Assembly: GCA_964410185.1 (NCBI GenBank) | Contig: CAYPFM010000001.1 | Coordinates: forward strand, 272,860 to 336,859 | DNA from: an uncultured Candidatus Saccharibacteria bacterium | GTDB lineage: Bacteria > Patescibacteriota > Saccharimonadia > Saccharimonadales > JAUPVS01 | Direction of reading: 5' to 3' | Length of the DNA stretch: 64,000 bases | In this document: positions 36,187 to 44,845 of the stretch, piece by piece | Position numbering within the stretch: the stretch's first letter is position 1 | Layout: each line of letters starts with the position of its first letter | The notes under the pieces: generated by a model | Databases searched by the model: none | Seen by the model: the letters and a program-made list of their open reading frames with translations, nothing else | What the model was told of the DNA's origin: nothing | Translations under genes and position numbers: made by a program

Positions 36187-38609
36187 ATTCTGGTATCACC
36201 TGTGACACCAACAGCGCTCGTGCCGCTAAGGCTCGTCTAGGCTTTCCTTTTGACAATAAAGTGGTTCGGGTTGTTTTGTGGTTAGGTGCGTTATTAAGCC
36301 TGTTTGCTTGGGTGTGGGGCGTCTTCGTGCTGCATCAAATGGCCGCTCACTTGCTCTTTGGAATTAGTGGTTTCATTGCCATGCCGCTCTTCTGGTACTA
36401 CGGAGAGCTTAAAGAGTTGGTTCCCGAACAAGCCGTCAGTACCACCCAGGATGTCAGTCAGGTTTTGAGCCGCCGCCTACTGGCCAAGGTGCGACCGAAT
36501 ATGTCACCACAGGATCTTGCTAAGATGGTTGCCAAAGAGCAAGGGGCTTACTTCTTCGCGGCTCGTTTTGCGATTGGTCCAGAGATTTTACAGGGATCGA
36601 GTGCTACAGACGCAGCTGCTACTGCCCAGGTTTGGCAGCAAACAATTCAGGTTGCTCAAAAAACCAATAGTGACCGTGTTGATTCGGCCGTTCTCGTCGC
36701 GGCGCTTATATTATCTATCCCAGACCACGAACTGTTGCTCGCACGTCTGCAGCTTGATGTTGACGATATTTTGTCGGGCGTTGGCTGGCGGCACCACATG
36801 CGTATGATGCGTGAACGTTACCGTGAACGCCGACATTATGGCGGCATTGGGCGAGATCTAAGTTTTGGTTGGGCGCCGATGCTAAACCACGTCGGTCTGA
36901 ACATCACGAATAGTATTGAGTCAGGGGGACTTTTGCATCGACCAGTCGATAGCCGCCTGGCCACCATGGATCAGATCATTCACTTATTAGGGCAGCCAGG
37001 GCGACGTAACGCGACTCTGGTAGGTGAGGATGGTGTGGGCAAGACGACTTTGGTTCACACAGTTGCACAGAGGCTACTACAAGACCCTAAAGGAATCCCC
37101 TCGACGCTGCGGTACCAACAGGTGATTGAGCTCAACGCCTCGCACTTAATTGCCAATGCCAAGGGGCGTGGCGAACTCGAAGCACTTTTGATCCATATCT
37201 TTAACGAAGCCATTAATGCCAAGAATGTCATCCTGTTCCTGGACGAAGCCCAGTTGTTCCTGCGTGAGGGAACCGGCTCAGTTGACCTATCGAATATCTT
37301 GATGCCTATTCTTGAAGGCGGCGCTCTGAAGATTGTGCTGGCCCTGAATAACCAGGAATGGTTATGGCTGGCTCAAACAAAACCCGGACTGGCCCAGTCG
37401 CTAAACCGTGTAGTAGTCAACCCGCTTGATTTTGAAGAAACCGTACAGATTATCGAAGATCAAACGCTACTGATTGAAGCCAAGCACCAGGTGGTACTGA
37501 TGAATCAGGCCATTAAGGAGGCTTACAAACTAGCCGAGCGTTATATTCATGAGCAGGCCTTTCCGGGTAAGGCACTAAAAGTTCTGGATACGGCCGCCGG
37601 CTTCCCTGAACAAAAACACTTTATTACAGCCCGTTCCGTCCAGCAGGCAGTAGAGAAGTCATTCGATATTAAGGTCCAAGTTGCCGATACAGCTCAAGAA
37701 AAAGACACCCTGCTCAACCTAGAAGACCGCATCCACAAAAGAATGATTAACCAGTCCCGTGCGGTGAAGTTGGTGAGTGATGCGCTACGCCGCGCCCGAA
37801 CTGGTGTTGCCAACGAGAAAAAGCCAATCGGTACGTTCTTATTCCTTGGCCCAACTGGCGTCGGTAAAACGGAACTGTCTAAGGCGCTGGCAGACGTGTA
37901 CTTTGGTGGTGAAGAAAAAATGGTGCGAATCGATTTGAACGAATACTCGCACCCGGATGACACCAATCGCTTGCTTGCTTCGGGTGCAACTGACCCCTAC
38001 AGCCTATGCGCACAAATCGCTAAACAGCCGTTTAGTGTTGTGTTATTGGATGAAATCGAGAAAGCCCATCCGAATGTCCTAAACTTACTACTTCAGATGC
38101 TCGACGAGGGCACCTTGCGGGATACGCAAAACAAGCCAATTAGCTTCCGTGACTCAATCATCATCGCCACTAGCAACGCCGGGGCCGACCGAATCCGCCA
38201 ACATATTGATCAGGGCGAACAACTCGAGCAGTTCGAAGAAAACTTGGTGAATGAACTGATCAACGCCAACATCTTCCGCCCAGAATTCTTAAACCGTTTT
38301 GATGAAATCATACTCTTCCGCCCGCTTACCAAACCGGAATTGATGCAGGTGGTAGATTTACTTATGGCCGGTATTAATAAGGGGCTCGCTTCGCGCAAAA
38401 TCAGCGTGAGCTTGACTGAGGCGGCCAAAGAACTGTTGGTTGACAAGGGTTATGATCCAAGGCTTGGTGCTCGACCTTTACGTCGAGTGGTGCAGCGCTC
38501 GGTTGAAAACGTGGTTTCGCAGCGACTGCTCTCCAACACAATCGCGGCGGGTCAGAGTATGCAACTGGACGCACCAGAGCTGCAGGCAACGCTTGATGAT
38601 CGCCAATAA
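36183..38609 (+). CDS. Clp/Hsp100-family AAA+ ATPase (two NBDs) with N-terminal transmembrane segment
   Basis: NBD1 GEDGVGKTT / ILFLDEAQ. NBD2 FLGPTGVGKTELSKALA / VVLLDEIEKAH / GARPLRRVVQ. The N-terminal 80 aa contain two hydrophobic spans instead of a Clp_N repeat. Confidence 0.85.
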   Translation: MNSGITCDTNSARAAKARLGFPFDNKVVRVVLWLGALLSLFAWVWGVFVLHQMAAHLLFGISGFIAMPLFWYYGELKELVPEQAVSTTQDVSQVLSRRLLAKVRPNMSPQDLAKMVAKEQGAYFFAARFAIGPEILQGSSATDAAATAQVWQQTIQVAQKTNSDRVDSAVLVAALILSIPDHELLLARLQLDVDDILSGVGWRHHMRMMRERYRERRHYGGIGRDLSFGWAPMLNHVGLNITNSIESGGLLHRPVDSRLATMDQIIHLLGQPGRRNATLVGEDGVGKTTLVHTVAQRLLQDPKGIPSTLRYQQVIELNASHLIANAKGRGELEALLIHIFNEAINAKNVILFLDEAQLFLREGTGSVDLSNILMPILEGGALKIVLALNNQEWLWLAQTKPGLAQSLNRVVVNPLDFEETVQIIEDQTLLIEAKHQVVLMNQAIKEAYKLAERYIHEQAFPGKALKVLDTAAGFPEQKHFITARSVQQAVEKSFDIKVQVADTAQEKDTLLNLEDRIHKRMINQSRAVKLVSDALRRARTGVANEKKPIGTFLFLGPTGVGKTELSKALADVYFGGEEKMVRIDLNEYSHPDDTNRLLASGATDPYSLCAQIAKQPFSVVLLDEIEKAHPNVLNLLLQMLDEGTLRDTQNKPISFRDSIIIATSNAGADRIRQHIDQGEQLEQFEENLVNELINANIFRPEFLNRFDEIILFRPLTKPELMQVVDLLMAGINKGLASRKISVSLTEAAKELLVDKGYDPRLGARPLRRVVQRSVENVVSQRLLSNTIAAGQSMQLDAPELQATLDDRQ

Positions 38610-38632
38610 GCTGCACGTTAACAGGGAAGTTC

Positions 38633-38641
38633 TGCTATAAT
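38633..38641 (+). promoter_or_regulatory. Extended -10 element for the tRNA Gly-Arg-His cluster
   Basis: TGCTATAAT ending 12 nt before the tRNA-Gly 5' end. Confidence 0.45.
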
Positions 38642-38653
38642 AAGCGCCGTTAC

Positions 38654-38728
38654 GCGGGATTCGTATAGCGGTTAATATAAAAGTTTTCCAAACTTTGGAC
38701 ACCGGTTCGACTCCGGTATCCCGCACCA
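38654..38728 (+). tRNA. tRNA-Gly (anticodon UCC), CCA encoded
   Basis: GCGGGAT/ATCCCGC acceptor, anticodon loop TTTCCAA; 75 nt. Confidence 0.93.
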
Positions 38729-38734
38729 CAGAAC

Positions 38735-38811
38735 GCCCTGGTAGCTCAGTTGGATAGAGCAGGAGACTTCTAAGCTCAAGGTCGCTGGTTCGAGTCCAGC
38801 CCGGGGCACCA
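38735..38811 (+). tRNA. tRNA-Arg (anticodon UCU), CCA encoded
   Basis: GCCCTGG/CCGGGGC acceptor, anticodon loop CTTCTAA. The anticodon stem GGAGA/GCTCA has only 3 Watson-Crick pairs. Confidence 0.8.
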
Positions 38812-38816
38812 TTGTA

Positions 38817-38853
38817 ACAGAGGTCGTTTTCAGGTATAATCACCTCTGTTTTC
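38817..38853 (+). other. Hairpin between tRNA-Arg and tRNA-His that contains a TATAAT hexamer
   Basis: ACAGAGGT ... ACCTCTGT stem, loop contains GGTATAAT, followed by TTTT. Could be a processing/terminator hairpin or an internal promoter. Confidence 0.4.
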
Positions 38854-38863
38854 CAACCACTTT

Positions 38864-38941
38864 GGCGAGTGTAGCTCATTTGGTTAGAGCGTCGGGTTGT
38901 GGTTCCGAAGGTAGTGGGTTCGATCCCCATCACTCGCCCCA
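38864..38941 (+). tRNA. tRNA-His (anticodon GUG) with encoded G-1 and CCA
   Basis: G-1 opposite discriminator C73, GCGAGTG/CACTCGC acceptor, anticodon loop TTGTGGT; 78 nt. Confidence 0.95.
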
Positions 38942-38943
38942 AA

Positions 38944-38976
38944 GTAAAACCCCGGTGTAAGCCGGGGTTTTACTTT
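38944..38976. terminator. Bidirectional rho-independent terminator
   Basis: Perfect 12-bp stem GTAAAACCCCGG/CCGGGGTTTTAC, 6-nt loop. Sits between the tRNA cluster and the convergent murA. Confidence 0.8.
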
Positions 38977-39055
38977 GGTCAGGCTTGTTGCTGCTATTAG
39001 TTTGTCTGCCTATTTGGTTATGCACCATTGCCATAGATAGTTTTATCGATAGACT

Positions 39056-40579
39056 CTAAAGTTCGTGCAAAACGGTAATCCGGGCGCCGAGGGAGTTCAG
39101 ACGGGCGGCTAGATCTTCATAGCCACGGTTGATGGTATAAACGTTGCGCAGCATCGAGTTGCCGGGCGCGGCCAGCATGCCGATAAGAATCATGACGGCC
39201 GGGCGGATACCGCTTGGACAAACCATGTCAGCGGCCTTAAAGTTTGTCGGGCCAGTGATAAAGACGCGATGCGGATCGGCTAATTCTACGTTGACACCAA
39301 TCTTCTTCATTTCGGTGTACATCAAGGCGCGATCTTCGTAGACCCAGTCGTGGATGAGCGTACGTCCCTTTGCCACGGCGGCAATTGGCACAAAGTAGGG
39401 CAGGTGATCGATGTTGAGGCCCGGGAAGATGTTGGGGTGAATTTTATCAACGGGTGCCGTCAGGTTACCGTTGTGTTTTTTGATTGTCAAATCTACGAGA
39501 TCAGTCTGGCCATTGTCTGCCTTGTAGGTTGGCGTAATGTCATACTCCAGACCCATTTTTTCTAGTTTAAGTAACTCCAGCTCCATAAACTCAATTGGCA
39601 CTCGTTTGATAGTGATGGTTGAATTGGTTGTAATGGCGGCAGCGACAAATGTCATAGCCTCGACGGGGTCTTCGCTTGGTGCATAGGTGACGTTCTTCTT
39701 AATATCTTTGACACCCTGGACGCGCAGTGTACTCGAGCCGATGCCGCTGATTTTGACGCCTAACTTTTGGAGATAGAAGCAAAGGTCTTGAACCATGTAG
39801 TTGGCGCTGGCCATCTTGATAACTGTCTCGCCTTCGGTGCGCGCGGCTGCCATCAAGATGTTCTCGGTTGTGGTGTCCCCCGATTCATACAGGACAACTG
39901 AGCGTTTTGGCAGCTGCTTCTTGGTGGTGATGTGATAGTGGCCGGTGCGCGTAAAGACCTCGACGCCAAACTCTTGTAAGGCATAGAGGTGGGGGAGGAC
40001 GGTGCGTCTGCCTAGCTCGCAGCCACCAGCGTAAGGAATCTTAAAATCGCCGACCTCGTGCATCATTGGTCCGATGAACATGATGACGCTGCGGGTTTTG
40101 CGCGCCGCTTCTTTATTCATCTTGGTAAAGTCCAAGACGGCCGGTGGCTTAATCTCTAGGTCGTTGCCATTCACCCAGCGAATGTGGACGCCAACGCTAA
40201 CGAGGACTTCGAGTAGGCGGTTGACTTCCTCGATGCGAGCGACGTTTTTCAGGTGAGTCGTACCTTTGTTTAGTAAGCTGGCACAGATCAGGGCAACAGC
40301 CGCATTCTTGCTGGTTTTGAGCGTAATCTCGCCACTCAGTTCGTGGCCACCCTCGATGTTGAGATTCACTGCCCCTTCACTAATGCTAATGAGCGGCTTT
40401 TGAAGTACTTCGCTAATGCGACCAAGAGTCTCCAGGCTGAGGTTCTGCTTGCCGTGTTCGATGCGGTTGACGGCGGACTGGCTGGTACTGAGGCGACGTG
40501 CAAACTCGGCCTGGGTAAGGCCGCGCTCTTGTCGTATCTGGTAAATAAGGTTGCCGATTTTCTCGTTGGTGTTTGGCAT
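39056..40579 (-). CDS. murA: XRE-type HTH domain fused to UDP-N-acetylglucosamine 1-carboxyvinyltransferase
   Basis: N-terminal 60 aa IRQERGLTQAEFARRLSTSQSAVNRIEHGKQNLSLETL. The rest is MurA (LSGEITLKTSKNAAVALICASLL; AGGCELGRRTVLPH with the catalytic Cys). Confidence 0.88.
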   Translation of the reverse strand: MPNTNEKIGNLIYQIRQERGLTQAEFARRLSTSQSAVNRIEHGKQNLSLETLGRISEVLQKPLISISEGAVNLNIEGGHELSGEITLKTSKNAAVALICASLLNKGTTHLKNVARIEEVNRLLEVLVSVGVHIRWVNGNDLEIKPPAVLDFTKMNKEAARKTRSVIMFIGPMMHEVGDFKIPYAGGCELGRRTVLPHLYALQEFGVEVFTRTGHYHITTKKQLPKRSVVLYESGDTTTENILMAAARTEGETVIKMASANYMVQDLCFYLQKLGVKISGIGSSTLRVQGVKDIKKNVTYAPSEDPVEAMTFVAAAITTNSTITIKRVPIEFMELELLKLEKMGLEYDITPTYKADNGQTDLVDLTIKKHNGNLTAPVDKIHPNIFPGLNIDHLPYFVPIAAVAKGRTLIHDWVYEDRALMYTEMKKIGVNVELADPHRVFITGPTNFKAADMVCPSGIRPAVMILIGMLAAPGNSMLRNVYTINRGYEDLAARLNSLGARITVLHEL

Positions 40580-40656
40580 ACACCGCTATTATATACCTCC
40601 AAAGGTATTTTAAAAGTACTTTTTGGTTTAATCGGTGCTTCATTTACAATAAAGGC

Positions 40657-41934
40657 ATGAAAGACACGATTATTGGGAAATTGATTAAGGCCGAAGAGAA
40701 GCGACAGCGCGAAGGACTGGAACTGATTCCATCTGAAAACTATGTAACACGTGATGTGATGGAGGCCATGGGCAGCGTCTTCACGAACAAATATTCCGAA
40801 GGCTACCCAGGCAAACGTTATTACGGCGGGCAGGAAAATACAGACCAGGTTGAACAGCTAGCGATTGATCGTGCCAAGCAGCTTTTTGGTTGCGCGCACG
40901 CCAATGTGCAGCCCCATTCTGGCGCTCAAGCTAATGAAGCCGTCTACCATGCATGGCTGGAGCCAGGCGACACCGTCTTGGCTATGGACCTTGGTCATGG
41001 CGGACATTTGACTCACGGCCACCCCGTTACCGTACTGGCTCGACAGTATAACTTCATCCGGTACAAAATGAAGAATATCGAAACTGGCGAAATTGACTAT
41101 GACGAGCTAAGGGAACTGGCCCTTAAGCATAAACCAAAGATTATCCTTGCCGGTTTTAGCGCCTACCCACGCGAACTTGATTACGCCAAGTTTGCCGAGA
41201 TTGGTAACGAAGTCGGCGCTATGCTGATGGCCGATATGGCACATATTGCTGGTCTGATCGCTGGCAAAGTTGCTAAGAATCCGTTTGACTACGGCTTCCA
41301 TGTAATTACCACTACCACGCACAAAACTTTGCGTGGCCCACGTGGCGGCATGATCTTGAGCCAGGGAACCGTAAGCAACCCACTAAAGAAAGTCGAAAAA
41401 ACGCTCGACAACCTGCCAACCTTAATTGACCGCACCGTCTTCCCGGGTGTACAAGGCGGCCCACATGAACATATTATTGCCGCTAAGGCTGTGGCATTCG
41501 GCGAGGCACTCAAGCCAGAGTTCCACGAATATGCTAAGCAGATCTTGCTCAACGCCAAACGTCTGAGCCAGGAACTACTCAAGCAAGGTTTCACGCTTAT
41601 CACCGGTGGCACCGACAACCATCTGATGCTCGCCGATGTCTATAAAGCTTTTGGTGTTGACGGCAATGAGGTAGAAGAAGCATTGGATAAAATCAAACTG
41701 ACACTTAACAAGAATGCCGTCGCCAATGATCCGCTACCACCATTCCGCCCGAGCGGTATTCGCCTCGGCACGCCAGCTATTACAACGCGCGGTCTTAAAG
41801 AAGACGACATGGCTCAAATTGCTGATTGGATGAAGCAGGCTATTGACGCGCGCAAGGACGAAAAGAAGCTTAGCATGTTAAGTGATGAAGTGATGAAGTT
41901 CGCGTTACAGTTCCCACTGCCAAGTGATAGCTAG
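40657..41934 (+). CDS. glyA: Serine hydroxymethyltransferase
   Basis: LELIPSENY, YSEGYPGKRYYGG, TTTTHKTLRGPRGG. The ORF-track start at 40573 was rejected. Confidence 0.97.
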   Translation: MKDTIIGKLIKAEEKRQREGLELIPSENYVTRDVMEAMGSVFTNKYSEGYPGKRYYGGQENTDQVEQLAIDRAKQLFGCAHANVQPHSGAQANEAVYHAWLEPGDTVLAMDLGHGGHLTHGHPVTVLARQYNFIRYKMKNIETGEIDYDELRELALKHKPKIILAGFSAYPRELDYAKFAEIGNEVGAMLMADMAHIAGLIAGKVAKNPFDYGFHVITTTTHKTLRGPRGGMILSQGTVSNPLKKVEKTLDNLPTLIDRTVFPGVQGGPHEHIIAAKAVAFGEALKPEFHEYAKQILLNAKRLSQELLKQGFTLITGGTDNHLMLADVYKAFGVDGNEVEEALDKIKLTLNKNAVANDPLPPFRPSGIRLGTPAITTRGLKEDDMAQIADWMKQAIDARKDEKKLSMLSDEVMKFALQFPLPSDS

Positions 41935-42977
41935 AACTCGCCCAAAAAGCGTACTTCTGGTTCAAGGACTATGTTGAGCTTCTGCTTGACGGTTTTTAGA
42001 ATCAATTGGACGACATCGTAAATCTCTTGGGCGGTCGCGCCGCCAGTGTTCTCGACTTTGAGGATATGATCTGGGTGCAGGCGGACATTGCCCCACGTTT
42101 GACCACGTTCAAAACCGGCTGCAAGTAACACGTGTGAGGCCGACACGCGTACACTGCTGCCGCCATGAATCTTGTTCTGGTGTAGTAGCTGTTGTCGGCT
42201 GACACCCGTTTCTTCGTGGGTAATTAGCGCCTGTACCTGTTCGGGATTGACTAACGGATTTTTGAAGAATGAACCAGCGGTTTTTAGGCCCGCGTGCTTG
42301 GCATCAAGGAGCGAACCGGCGCGCCGGCGCGTCTCGATGATAATCTCACGTCGATTCTCTAAACTATCCGGGCTAATGTTGAGCTCAGCGGCGACCTTAA
42401 GAGCCGAATCATACTCCAGATTGCCTGTTGGTTCAGGAGAAAACTCAAAGGTAGCATCGAGTACGACTAGGTTACGGTTGCTGACTTTTTGCAAAGCACT
42501 CGTCCGATAATCAAAGGCAAAGTCTTGATTTTGCCAGGTGACGATTGAGCCATCGGCGGTGTCGAGCAGGGTGGCTTCGGTCAGACACTTCGCAACACTA
42601 TGACCATAGGCGGCGATGTTCCCAACCACTGCAGCACCTACGCTACCAGGGATACCGCTACTAAACTCCAGCCCATACAAACCGAACGAGATGGCTTTTT
42701 GAACCAGATCATCCCAGGTCACGCCACTATCGGCACGCAAGTGTGTATCATCTTTGCGTGTGATGCTGCCCGCATGGTTGATGATTACCACGCCCGGAAG
42801 TCCCTTGTCAGAAATAAGGCAGTTGGTGCCCGCTCCCAGTACCCACATTGGCTGTGTATATTGAGATAATGTTTCGCGTAGATTATCGGTCGCCTCAAGT
42901 TCAATTAAGGTTTCGGCAGGGCCGCCGACAGAAAGAGATGAATAGGCCGCCAAGGCCACCGATTGTTGAAGCTTCAT
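41931..42977 (-). CDS. murB: UDP-N-acetylenolpyruvoylglucosamine reductase
   Basis: FAD-binding N-terminus (VGGPAETLIE; VLGAGTNCLISDKGLPGVVI), GSFFKNP motif. Confidence 0.9.
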   Translation of the reverse strand: MKLQQSVALAAYSSLSVGGPAETLIELEATDNLRETLSQYTQPMWVLGAGTNCLISDKGLPGVVIINHAGSITRKDDTHLRADSGVTWDDLVQKAISFGLYGLEFSSGIPGSVGAAVVGNIAAYGHSVAKCLTEATLLDTADGSIVTWQNQDFAFDYRTSALQKVSNRNLVVLDATFEFSPEPTGNLEYDSALKVAAELNISPDSLENRREIIIETRRRAGSLLDAKHAGLKTAGSFFKNPLVNPEQVQALITHEETGVSRQQLLHQNKIHGGSSVRVSASHVLLAAGFERGQTWGNVRLHPDHILKVENTGGATAQEIYDVVQLILKTVKQKLNIVLEPEVRFLGEF

Positions 42978-43044
42978 TACCTATTATTATACGGCTTTTG
43001 CTTGCAATGCCTAGGCGCCACACGTACCATAGAAATACAAACGT

Positions 43045-43596
43045 ATGAGCGAGTCAAAATTCAACCCATCACCATATAAGAAGCTTGGCTTCCGGCTAAA
43101 ACGGCTACGTGAAAGCATGCACGAAAGTCTAGCCGAGGTATCTGGTGCGGTCGAAATCGAAGCCGATAAATTAGCACTCATCGAAAAAGGCGAATACTGC
43201 CCGAGCGAGGACGTTCTGCTCCTCTTGATTAGTCATTTTGACCCCCAAGAAGATGAAGCTGTGCAACTTTGGGAGCTAGCTGGCTACGACCAATCAAATA
43301 TGTCCAGCGGCTCTGATGAACTGCCAAACAAGCCGATAGTGATGCTTTTGCAGCCCGATAGCCGTATTATGTACAGCGACGTGGTTAATATCGTCACAAA
43401 TGAGCAGGGTGTGGTCATGAACTTCCTGCAGGCCCAGGGCAGCAACCAAGTAACCCCCATTGCCCGGGTTGGCATGAGTCAGCAGCAAGCCCTGCGCGTT
43501 TTTGAAGCCCTGGGGCAGAGTCTCAAAAACGCCCAGCAAGCACCACGTTTTTTGCCGGCGCCAAAGCCAAGCACCGACGATTCAACAATTGCTTGA
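43045..43596 (+). CDS. XRE-type HTH protein with DUF3467-like C-terminal domain
   Basis: LGFRLKRLRESMHESLAEVSGAVEIEADKLALIEKGE; C-terminal YSDVVNIVTNEQGVVMNFLQ...ARVGMSQQQALRVFEAL. Confidence 0.6.
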   Translation: MSESKFNPSPYKKLGFRLKRLRESMHESLAEVSGAVEIEADKLALIEKGEYCPSEDVLLLLISHFDPQEDEAVQLWELAGYDQSNMSSGSDELPNKPIVMLLQPDSRIMYSDVVNIVTNEQGVVMNFLQAQGSNQVTPIARVGMSQQQALRVFEALGQSLKNAQQAPRFLPAPKPSTDDSTIA

Positions 43597-43615
43597 TATA
43601 CTGTAGCAGCATTAC

Positions 43616-43692
43616 GCACCCGTAGCTCAGCTGGATAGAGCGTTGGTTTCCGGTACCAAAGGTCGTAGGTTCAAATCCTATCGGGTGTACCA
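43616..43692 (+). tRNA. tRNA-Arg (anticodon CCG), CCA encoded
   Basis: GCACCCG/CGGGTGT acceptor, anticodon loop TTCCGGT; 77 nt. Confidence 0.93.
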
Positions 43693-43716
43693 GCATTACG
43701 TTATACTGAATCTCGA

Positions 43717-44343
43717 ATGGGACACAAAACTCCACCCAAAAAAGAACTAACTCTAGACCGCACGTGGCCCTACATTCTAACAATCGGCGGCCTGATTGGC
43801 TTTGTGGCAGCTTTTGTACTGACCATTGAGAAGATTGAGCTACTGAAGAACCCCAACTATGTCCCAACTTGTAACATTAGCCCATTGATTAGTTGCGGCT
43901 CGGTGATGAAGACTCATCAAGCGGCGATTTTTGGCTTTCCCAACTCATTAATTGGTATTACTGGTTTTGCAGTTGTGGCCGCGATTGGTGTGATGTTATT
44001 GGCTGGTGCTTCGTACGGGAAAATCCAGCGGTGGTTCTGGCTGGGCTTACAAGCCGGAACGATTTTTGGAATTGGCTTTGTGACCTGGCTGCAATACCAA
44101 AGCATCTTTACTATCAAGGCCCTCTGTCCATATTGCATGGTGGTGTGGACGGTGATGATCCCTATTTTCTTGTACACTACTTTGTATAATTTGCGCACCG
44201 GCGTCATCAAGACGCCAAACTCACTTAAAAAGGTTGTCGCCTTTGCTCAAAGGCACCACGGCGATATTCTAGTATTTTGGTACGTGGTTATTATTGGCAT
44301 CATTTTGAACCACTTCTGGTACTACTGGAAGACAATAATTTAG
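43717..44343 (+). CDS. Vitamin K epoxide reductase (VKOR) family membrane oxidoreductase, copy 1
   Basis: VPTCNISPLISCGSVM loop cysteines and the ALCPYCMVVW CxxC motif. Confidence 0.85.
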   Translation: MGHKTPPKKELTLDRTWPYILTIGGLIGFVAAFVLTIEKIELLKNPNYVPTCNISPLISCGSVMKTHQAAIFGFPNSLIGITGFAVVAAIGVMLLAGASYGKIQRWFWLGLQAGTIFGIGFVTWLQYQSIFTIKALCPYCMVVWTVMIPIFLYTTLYNLRTGVIKTPNSLKKVVAFAQRHHGDILVFWYVVIIGIILNHFWYYWKTII

Positions 44344-44398
44344 CCAATTATTAAATCGAGTTAAGGACTTTAGGAAAGGTTGTTGCTAGAGTTTATTA

Positions 44399-44752
44399 AT
44401 GGCGTATAAAAACAAAGAAGACCAAAAGGCGGCAAGTAGAAAGCACTACATTGCTAATAAGGAGTATTACTTGAACAGAAACAGGCGTTACAGGAAGGAA
44501 ATTAGCACCTACGTTAACCAAATCAAAGAGGAAACCCCGTGCAAGGACTGCAACAAGCAGTATCCCTATTATGTAATGGACTTTGATCATCTGAACGCCA
44601 AAGAAAAAGTAGCCCTTGTGAGTTATTTGTGTAAGAAACGTAGCCCGGTGGCCATGAAAAATGAAATCCTAAAGTGCGAAGTAGTCTGCGCAAATTGTCA
44701 TCGTGCCAGGACGCACTACAGATTGCAAAACAGAGAAAAAGCTTTAAGATAA
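44399..44752 (+). CDS. Small HNH-type endonuclease-like protein
   Basis: 117 aa, basic; CKDCNKQ...MDFDH...KCEVVCANCHRARTH (CxxC...DH...CxxCH). TGCTAGAGT-N6-ATG upstream. Its stop lies 7 nt before a tRNA. Confidence 0.7.
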   Translation: MAYKNKEDQKAASRKHYIANKEYYLNRNRRYRKEISTYVNQIKEETPCKDCNKQYPYYVMDFDHLNAKEKVALVSYLCKKRSPVAMKNEILKCEVVCANCHRARTHYRLQNREKALR

Positions 44753-44759
44753 GAAACAT

Positions 44760-44836
44760 GCGCCCGTAGCTCAGTTGGATAGAGCACTAGTCTTCGGAAC
44801 TAGGTGTCAGCGGTTCGAGTCCGTTCGGGCGCACCA
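44760..44836 (+). tRNA. tRNA-Arg (anticodon UCG), CCA encoded
   Basis: GCGCCCG/CGGGCGC acceptor, anticodon loop CTTCGGA; 77 nt. Confidence 0.93.
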
Positions 44837-44845
44837 ATTCTAAGC

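Noticed and set aside
38478-38942. 154-aa minus-strand ORF
   Set aside because: It spans the three tRNA genes (Gly, Arg, His) and the end of the Clp gene. It is an artefact of the absence of stops.
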